Of a stretch of 64,000 nt of DNA, positions 57,023 through 64,000 are shown piece by piece. Within the stretch, counting starts at the first letter, position 1. Every line of letters starts with the position of its first letter. This stretch comes from Eledone cirrhosa. Lineage: Eukaryota. The stretch spans positions 122,946,001-123,010,000 of the forward strand of contig OZ024744.1 of NCBI GenBank assembly GCA_964016885.1, read 5' to 3'. Below the pieces are notes generated by a model. That model saw only the letters and a list, made by a program, of their open reading frames with translations. It was not told the origin of the DNA and did no database searches. The translations under genes were made by a program, and so were the position numbers.

Positions 57023-57244
57023 TCGTGTAGGTGTCACGACAAAAATAACACAGTCCACGCTGTAATGTGGCCGTGTAGGCAACACGGTAAAAACCTCCCA
57101 GTCCCACACTGTAAATGTGGTTGGTGTTAGGAAGGGCATCCAGCTGTAGAAAACACGCCAGACAGTCCTATGCGAGCAAGACAACCACTCTTACCTCAAG
57201 TGGGAAAACTCCCGTCCAAACCCATGAAGCGTGGAACATGGACG
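57023..57244 (+). other. Structured LINE 3' UTR (multiple stem-loops; probable RT-recognition signal)
   Basis: Stems TCGTG/CACGA, CCAC/GTGG, CCGTGT/ACACGG, CCACA/TGTGG and GTTGG/CCAGC, plus a terminal CGTCCA(57213-57218)/TGGACG(57239-57244) enclosing CCATG/CGTGG. Confidence 0.65.
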
Positions 57245-57250
57245 TTAAAC

Positions 57251-57270
57251 GATGATAATGATTATGATGA
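57251..57270 (+). repeat. Degenerate (GAT)n LINE 3' tail
   Basis: GATGATAATGATTATGATGA directly after GGACGTTAAAC. Confidence 0.85.
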
Positions 57271-58383
57271 CAGTGTCTTTCATCAGAAATATGGTTATGA
57301 AATGGTTAATGACGTAGACAGTATCTTTCATTAGAAATATGGTAATGACAGAGTTAATGACATAGGCAGTGTCTTTCATTAGAAATACGGTAATGAAAGG
57401 TTTAATGACATAGACAGTGTCTTTCATTAGAAACATGGTAATGAAAAGGTTAATGTCATAGACAGTGTCTTTCATTAGAAATACGGTAATGAAAGGGTTA
57501 ATGACATAGACAGTGTCTTTCATTAGAAACATGGTAATGAAAGGGTTAATGACATAGACAGTGTCTTTCATTAGAAAGATGTTAATGAAAAGGTTAATGA
57601 CATAGACAGTGTCTTTCATCAGAAATACGGTAATGAAAGGGTTAATGACATAGACAGTGTCTTTCATTAGAAACATGGTAATGAAAAGGTTAATATCATA
57701 GACAGTGTCTTTCATTAGAAATATGGTAATGAAAGGGTTAATGACATAGACAGTGTCTTTCATTAGAAACATGGTAATGAAAAGGTTAATATCATAGACA
57801 GCGTCTTTCATTAGAAATATGGTAATGTAAGGGTTAATGACATAGACAGTGTCTTTCATTAGAAATATGGTAATTAAAGGGTTAATGACATAGACAGTGT
57901 CTTTCATTAGATATATGGTAATTAAAGGGTTAATGACATAGACAGTGTCTTTCATTAGAAATATGGTAATGAAAGGGTTAATTGCACAGAGCGTGTTTTT
58001 TATTAGAAATATGGTAATGAAATATTTAATGACATAGACAGTGTCTTTCATTAGAAATATGCTAATGAAAGGGTTAATGACATAGACAGTGCCTTACATT
58101 AGAAATATGATAATGAGAAGGGTTAATGACATAGACAGTGCCTTACATTAGAAATATGGTAATGAAAGGGTTAATGACATAGACAGTGCCTTACATTAGA
58201 AATATGATAATGAGAAGGGTTAATGACATAGACAGTGCCTTACATTAGAAATATGGTAATGAAAGGGTTAATGACATAGACAGTGCCTTACATTAGAAAT
58301 ATGATAATGAGAAGGGTTAATGACATAGACAGTGCCTTACATTAGAAATATGGTAATGAAAGGGTTAATGACATAGACAATGT
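57269..58383. repeat. 48-bp satellite, distal block (~23 monomers), ending in a 97-bp dimer x3
   Basis: Same monomer and orientation as the main block. GCCTTAC markers at 58091, 58140, 58188, 58237, 58285 and 58334 show 49/48 alternation. Confidence 0.97.
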
Positions 58384-61300
58384 TGGTGGTGTAGGTGTTG
58401 GTGTTGTTGCTGGTGGTGGTTGTGATGGTGTTGGTGGGGTCAGTGTTGGTGATGGTTTGTGGTGTTAATGGTATTGGTAGTGGTGTTGGTGGTGTTGTTG
58501 GTGTTGGTTGTGGGTGGTGGTGTTGGTGTTGGTGGTGGTGTTGGTGGTGGTGCTGGTGTTGGTGGTGTTGGTGTTGGTGTTGGTGGTGGTGGTGGTGGTG
58601 TTGGTGTTGGTGTTGGTGGTGTTGGTGGTGTTGGTGGTGGTGGTGGTGTTGGTGGTGGTGTTGGTGTTGGTGGTGTTGGTGTTGGTGTTGGTGGTGGTGG
58701 TGGTGGTGTTGGTGTTGGTGGTGGTGGTGTTGGTGGTGTTGGTGTTGGTGGTGGTGGTGGTGTTGGTGGTGGTGCTGGTGTTGGTGGTGTTGGTGTTGGT
58801 GTTGGTGGTGTTGGTGTTGGTGTTGGTGGTGGTGGTGGTGGTGTTGGTGTTGCTGGTCTTGGTGGTGGTGGTGGTGTTGGTGTTGGTGGTGTTGGTGGTG
58901 GTTGTGTTGGTGGTGCTGGTGTTTGTGGTGGTGGTGGTGTTGGTGGAGGTGGTGTTGGTGGTGGTGGTGTTGGTGGAGGTGGTGGTATTGGTGGTGTTGG
59001 TGTTGGTGCTGTTGGTGGCGGTGTTGGTGGTATTGTTCGTGGTGGTGTTGGTGGTGGTGTTGGTGGTGTTGGTGGTGGTGTTGGTGGTGGTGTTGGTGGT
59101 GTTGGTGGTGTTGTTGGTGGTGTTGGTGGTGGTGTTGGTGTTGGCGGTGGTGGTGGTGGTGTTGGTGTTGGTGGTGGTGGTGTTGGTGGTGTTCGTGTTG
59201 GTGGTGGTGGTGGTGGTGTTGGTGGTGGTGCTGGTGTTGGTGGTGTTGGTGTTGGTGTTGGTGGTGTTGGTGTTGGTGTTGGTGGTGGTGGTGGTGGTGT
59301 TGGTGTTGCTGGTCTTGGTGGTGGTGGTGGTGTTGGTGTTGGTGGTGTTGGTGGTGGTTGTGTTGGTGGTGCTGGTGTTTGTGGTGGTGGTGGTGTTGGT
59401 GGAGGTGGTGTTGGTGGTGGTGGTGTTGGTGGAGGTGGCGGTGATGGCATTTTGGTGGTGCTGCTGTTGGTGTTGGTGGTAGTGGTGTTGGTGTTGGAGG
59501 TGTTGGTGATGTTGGTGGAGGTGTTGGTGATGTTGGTGTTGGTGCTGGTGGTGGTGGTGTTGTTGGTGCTGGTGGTGTAGGTGTTGCTGTTGGTGGTGTT
59601 GGTGTTGGTGGTGGTGGTGGTGGTGTTGTTGGTGGTGTTGGCGGTGTTGGTGGTTTTGGTGTTGGTGGTGGTGGTGGTGTTGGTGGTGGTGTTGGTGTTG
59701 GTGTTGGCGGTGGAAGTGTTGGTGGTGTAGGTGTTGGTGGTGTTGGTGTTGGCGGTGTTGGTGGTTTTGGTGTTGGTGGTGGTGGTGGTGGTGGTGGTGG
59801 TGGTGTTGGTGTTGGTGGTGTTGGTGTTTTAGTTGGTGGTGTTGGTGGAGGTGTTAGTGTTGGTTTTGGTGGTAGTGGTGGTAGTGTTGGAGGTGGTGTC
59901 GGTAGTGGTGGTGTTGGTGTTGGTGTTGGCGTTGGTGGGGTTAGTGATGGTGGTGGTGGTTGTGTTGGGGGTTGTTATTGTGGTGTGGGTGTTGGTTGTG
60001 GTGGTGTTGGTGGTGGTATTGGTGGTGGAGTTGGTGCGGGTGTTGGTGGTTTTGGTGGTGTTGTTGGTAGTGGTGGTGTTGGTGGTTGTGTTGGTGTTGG
60101 TGATGTTGGTGGTGTTGGTGGTGATGTAGGTGGTGGTGGTGTTGGTGTTGGTGTTGGTGGTGTTGGTGGTGTTGGTGGGGGTGTTGGTGGTGTTGGTGTT
60201 GGTGGTGTTGGTGGTGTTGGTGTTGGTGTCGGTGTTTGTCGTGTTGGTGGTGTTGGTGTTGGTGACGGTGTTGGTGGTGTTGTAGTTGGTGGTGTTGTTG
60301 GTGTTGTAGTTGGTGGTGTTGGTGGTGTTGTTGGTGATGTTGTTGGTGGTGTAGGTGGTGGTGGTGTTGGTGTTGGTGTTAGTTTTGGTGGTGGTCGTGG
60401 TGGTGGTGTTGTTGGTGTTGGTGGTGTTGTTAGTGGTTGTGGTGGTGGTGTTGGTGGTGTTGGTGGTGGTGGTGGTGGTGCCGAGGTTGGTGTTGGTGTT
60501 GTTGGTTGTGTTGGTGTTGGTTGTGGTGGTTGTGTTGGTGATGGTGTTGGTGTTGGTGGTTGTGGTGGTGGTGCCGGGGTTGTTGTTTCTGGTGGTGGTG
60601 GGGGTGTTGGTGGCGGCGTTGGTGGTGGTATTGGTGTTGGTGTTGGTGGTGGTGGTGTTGGTGTTGGTGGTGCCGGGGTTGGTGTTGGTGTTGGTGGTGG
60701 TGGTGGTATTGGTGTTGGTGTTGGTGTTGGTGATGTTGGTGGTGGTGGTGGTGTTGGTGGTGTTGGTGGTGATATTGGAGGTGCTGGTGTAGGTGTTGGT
60801 GGTGTTGATGATGTTGGTGGTGGTGTTGGTAGTGGTGTTGTTCGTGGCGGTGTTGGTGGTGGTGTTGGTGGTGTTTTGGTGGTGGTGGTGTTGGTGTTGG
60901 TGGTGTTGGTGGTGGTGTTGGTGTTGGTGTTGTCGGTGGTGGCGGTGTGGGTGTTGGTGTTTGTGGTTGTGTTGGTGGTGGTGTTGGTGTTGGTTGTGTT
61001 GGTGTTGCTGTTGGTGGTGTTGGTGGTGATTTTGGTGGTGTTGGTGGTGGTGGTGGTGGTGGTGTTGGTGGTGGTGCTGGTGGTGGTGCTGGTGGGGGTG
61101 TTGGTGGTGTTGGTCGTGGAGTTGGTGGTGGTGGTGTTGGTGTTAGTGGTAGTGTTGATGTTGGTGGTTGTGTTGGTGTTGGTGTTCGTGTTGGTGTTTG
61201 TGGTGGTGGTGGTGGTGGTGGTAGTGGTGGTGGTGGTGGTGGTTGTGTCGGTGGTGGTGTTGTTTGTGACGGTGCTGGTGGTGGTGTTGGTGGTGTTTTG

Positions 61301-63280
61301 GTGGTGCTGGTGTTGGTGTTGGTTGTGTTGGTGATGTTGGTGGTGGTGTTGTTGGTGGTGTTGGTGGTGGTGGTGGTGGTGGTGGTTGTGTTGGTGATGT
61401 TGGTGGTGGTGTTGTTGGTGGTGTTGGTGGTGGTGGTGTTCGTGGTGTTGGTGGTGGTGTTGTTGGTGGTGTTGGTGGTGGTGGTGGTGTTGGTGGTGGT
61501 GGTGGTGGTGGTGGTGGTGTTGGTGGTGGCGTTTGTGGTGTTGGTGTTGTTGGTGTTGGTGTTGGTGTTGTTGGTGGTGGTGGTGGCGGTGTTAGTGGTG
61601 GTGGCGGTGGTGGTGGTGTTGGTGTTGGTGATGGTGGTGGTGTTGGTGGTAGTGGTGCAGATGTTGCTGTTGGTGGTGTAGGTGGTGGTGGTGGTGTTGG
61701 TGGTGGAGTTGGTGGTGGATGTGGTGGTGGTGTTAGTGGTAGTGTTGATGTTTGTGGTATTGTTGGTGTTGTTGGTGGTGTTGGTGGTGGTGGTGTTGGT
61801 GGTTGAATTGGTGTTGGTGTTGGTGGTGTTGGTGGTGGAGTCGGTGGTGGCAGTGGTGGTGGTGGTGATGGTGTTGGTGGTGGTGTTGTTCGTGGCGGTG
61901 TCGGTGATGGCATTTTGGTGGTGCTGCTGTTGGTGTTGGTGGTAGTGGTGTTGGTGTTGGAGGTGTTGGTGATGTTGGTGGAGGTGTTGGTGATGTTGGT
62001 GTTGGTGCTGGTGGTGGTGGTGTTGTTGGTGCTGGTGGTGTAGGTGTTGCTGTTGGTGGTGTTGGTGGTGGTGGTGGTGGTGGTGTTGGTGGTGGTGTTG
62101 TGGTGGTGTTGGTGGGGGTGGGGGTGGTAGAGTTGGTGGTGGTGGTGGTGTTGATGTTGGTGGTAGTGTTGGTGTTGTTGGTAGTGTTGGTGGTGGTGGT
62201 GTTGGTGGTTGTGTTGGTGTTGGTTGTGTTGGTGGTGTTGGTGGTGGAGTCGGTGGTGGTGGTGGTGGTGGTGGTGGTGGTCGGTGGTGTTGGTTGTGTT
62301 GTTGGTGATGTAGGTGGTGGTGATGGTGGTGGTGGTGGTGGTGGTGTTGGTGGTGGTGGTGTTGGTGTTGGTGGTTTTGGTGGTGGTGGGGGTGGGGGTG
62401 GTGTTGGTGCTGGTGTTGGTTGTGTTGTTGGTGATGGTGGTGGTGGTGTTGGTGTTGGTGTTGGCGGTGTTGGTGGTGGTGTTGGTGGTGTTGGTGGTGG
62501 TGGTGTTGGTGGTGGTGGTGTAGTGTTGGTGTTGGTGTTGGTGGTGGTGGTGTTGATGTTGTTGCTGGTGTTTGTGGTGGTGGTGGTGGTGGTGGTGTTA
62601 GTGTTGGTGTGTTGGTGTTGTTGTGGTGGTGTTGGTGGTGTTGGTGGTGGTGGTGGTGGTGGTGGCGTTGGTGGTGTTTGTGCTGTTGTTGTTGTTGGTG
62701 GTGGTGGTGATGATGTTGGTGTTGGTGTTGGTGTTGGTGGTGGTGGTGGTGGTGGTGGTGGTGGTGTTGTTGGTGGTGGTATTGCTGGCGTTAGTGGTGG
62801 TGGTGGTGTTGGTGGTGGTTTTGGTGTTGGTGTTGGAGTTGGTATTGGTGTTGGTGTTAGTGGTGATGGTGGTGTTGGTGATGTTGGTGGTTGTGGTGTT
62901 GGTGCTGTTGCTGGTGGAGTTGGTGGTGTTGGTTGTGGTATTGGTGGTGTTGTTGTTCATGGTGGTGTCGGTGGTGGTGGTCGTCGTGTTGGTGTAGGAG
63001 GTGGTGGTGGTGTTAGTGTTGGTGTTGGTGTTGGTTGTGGCGTTGGTGGTGTTGGTGTTGGTGGTTTTGGTGTTGGTGGTTGTGTTGGTGATGGTGGGGG
63101 TGTTGGTGGTAGCGGTGATGGTGTTGGTTTGTGGTGTTGTTGTTGTTGGTGGTGGTGGTGTTGGTGTTGGTGTTGGTGTTGTTGGTGGTGGTCGTCGTGT
63201 TGGTGTTGGTGGTGCTGGTGATGGTGGTTTTGGAATTGTTGTTGGTGGTGGTGTTGATGTATTTGGTTGTGGTGTTGGCG
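58381..63280. repeat. ~4.9-kb low-complexity (GGT/GTT/GGTGTT)n tract
   Basis: The + strand is almost entirely G and T in triplet units, with internal block duplications at offsets 456 and 2463. Confidence 0.97.
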
Positions 63281-63353
63281 AAGCTGTGGAAGGGTCAAAC
63301 ATGGAATGAAGTGGTGATGGTCTTCACCAAAGAGCAGAAACAAGATGGAGTCA

Positions 63354-63690
63354 CATAGTCAGTATGTTATAGTGGATATGTCATAGTCAGTATGTCATAG
63401 TAGACATGCCATAGTCATAGTCATAGTTAGTATATCATAGTCGGCATATCCTTTTCATAGTCATAGTCAGTATGTCATAGTGGACATGCCATAGTCATAG
63501 TCATAGTTAGTATGTCATAGTGGACATGCCATAGTCATAGTCATAGTCAGTATATCATAATCGGCATATCATTGTCATAGTCATAGTCAGTATGTCATAG
63601 TGGACATGCCATAGTCATAGTCATAGTTAGTATGCCATAGTGGACATGCTATAGTCATAGTCATAGTCAGTATGTCATAGTCATAGTCAT
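63354..63690. repeat. 40-bp minisatellite built from CATAGT hexamers, with 120-bp higher-order period
   Basis: Unit TATGTCATAGTGGACATGCCATAGTCATAGTCATAGT(T/C)AG from 63391. The variant unit with TCGGCATATC is at 63431 and 63551. Confidence 0.9.
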
Positions 63691-64000
63691 GAATGAATGA
63701 TGCTAGAGCTGTGAAATCTAGCATGCATTAATTTTAGCTGCTCTTATTTTTAATACCTAAATAGTTTCTTTCCAGGGACTATGTTGAAAAATAAACCACA
63801 TTTGGTCATTCCATGAGAGTATCTTGGTCAGTCTATGAAATTTTCATCAGACCCTCATATATTAACTTCCTCTTTTCCAAGTGACATATCTGCTCATTTA
63901 ATTAATAAAATTCTAATCCTTTTGTTTCTCAATGAAGCCAGCAAATAAAAAGTATATTTCAAGGCTGGTCTTAAGTATTTACCTTTACACCATTGGCTAA

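Larger units (their letters stand above)
53217..57270 (+). mobile_element. Apparently full-length non-LTR retrotransposon (LINE), RTE clade, inserted in the satellite
   Basis: ~480-bp 5' leader, one long EN+RT frame with no separate ORF1 (RTE architecture), ~360-bp 3' UTR and a short-tandem-repeat (GAT)n tail rather than poly(A). The satellite stops at ...CATAGACA (53216) and resumes at GACAGTGTC (57269). Confidence 0.93.

Noticed and set aside
53626-57184. Short antisense and alternative-frame ORFs over the LINE
   Set aside because: Shadows of the EN/RT frame or UTRs with no independent motifs.
10-58051. Dozens of ORFs encoding (MKDTVYVINPFITIFL)n
   Set aside because: The 48-bp monomer equals 16 codons with one stop-free frame. 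Frequent 47-bp and truncated monomers break the frame, substitutions are freely non-synonymous, and the + strand versions simply mark the inverted islands.
1-58383. Homeodomain/TALE (TAAT, TGACA) and SMAD (AGAC/GTCT) motifs in each monomer
   Set aside because: 4-5 bp motifs are expected by chance in AT-rich DNA and there is no binding evidence.
58381-63280. Telomeric repeat
   Set aside because: No fixed unit such as TTAGGG, and unique sequence continues distal to it.
58395-63358. Gly/Val-, Trp/Cys-, poly-Val and Pro/Thr-rich ORFs resembling structural proteins or mucins
   Set aside because: A G/T-only triplet tract lacks stops in nearly all frames. The ORFs overlap on both strands, shift frame repeatedly and have no credible gene structure.
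63691-64000. Unique AT-rich end with AATAAA hexamers
   Set aside because: No ORF or exon evidence; AATAAA is expected by chance at this composition.

Overview
Eukaryotic, repeat-dominated window with no supportable host gene. About 54 kb is one AT-rich satellite with a 48-bp monomer (+ strand consensus AGAAATATGGTAATGAAAGGGTTAATGACATAGACAGTGTCTTTCATT). It is organised into irregular kb-scale higher-order duplications, and ten 0.3-0.56 kb inverted islands share the same junctions. Near its right edge the array is interrupted in register by a ~4.05-kb RTE-clade LINE (53217-57270). The LINE has a single APE-endonuclease/RT ORF broken by one TGA, a C4HC3 PHD-type zinc finger inside the RT, a structured 3' UTR and a (GAT)n tail. 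After ~1.1 kb more satellite come a ~4.9-kb almost pure G/T tract, a 40-bp CATAGT-based minisatellite and ~300 bp of unique AT-rich DNA. From memory, the LINE 3' end resembles abundant octopus LINE/SINE tails, so a cephalopod source is a guess rather than a result. The MKDTVYVINPFITIFL, Gly/Val and Pro/Thr ORFs are repeat artefacts.
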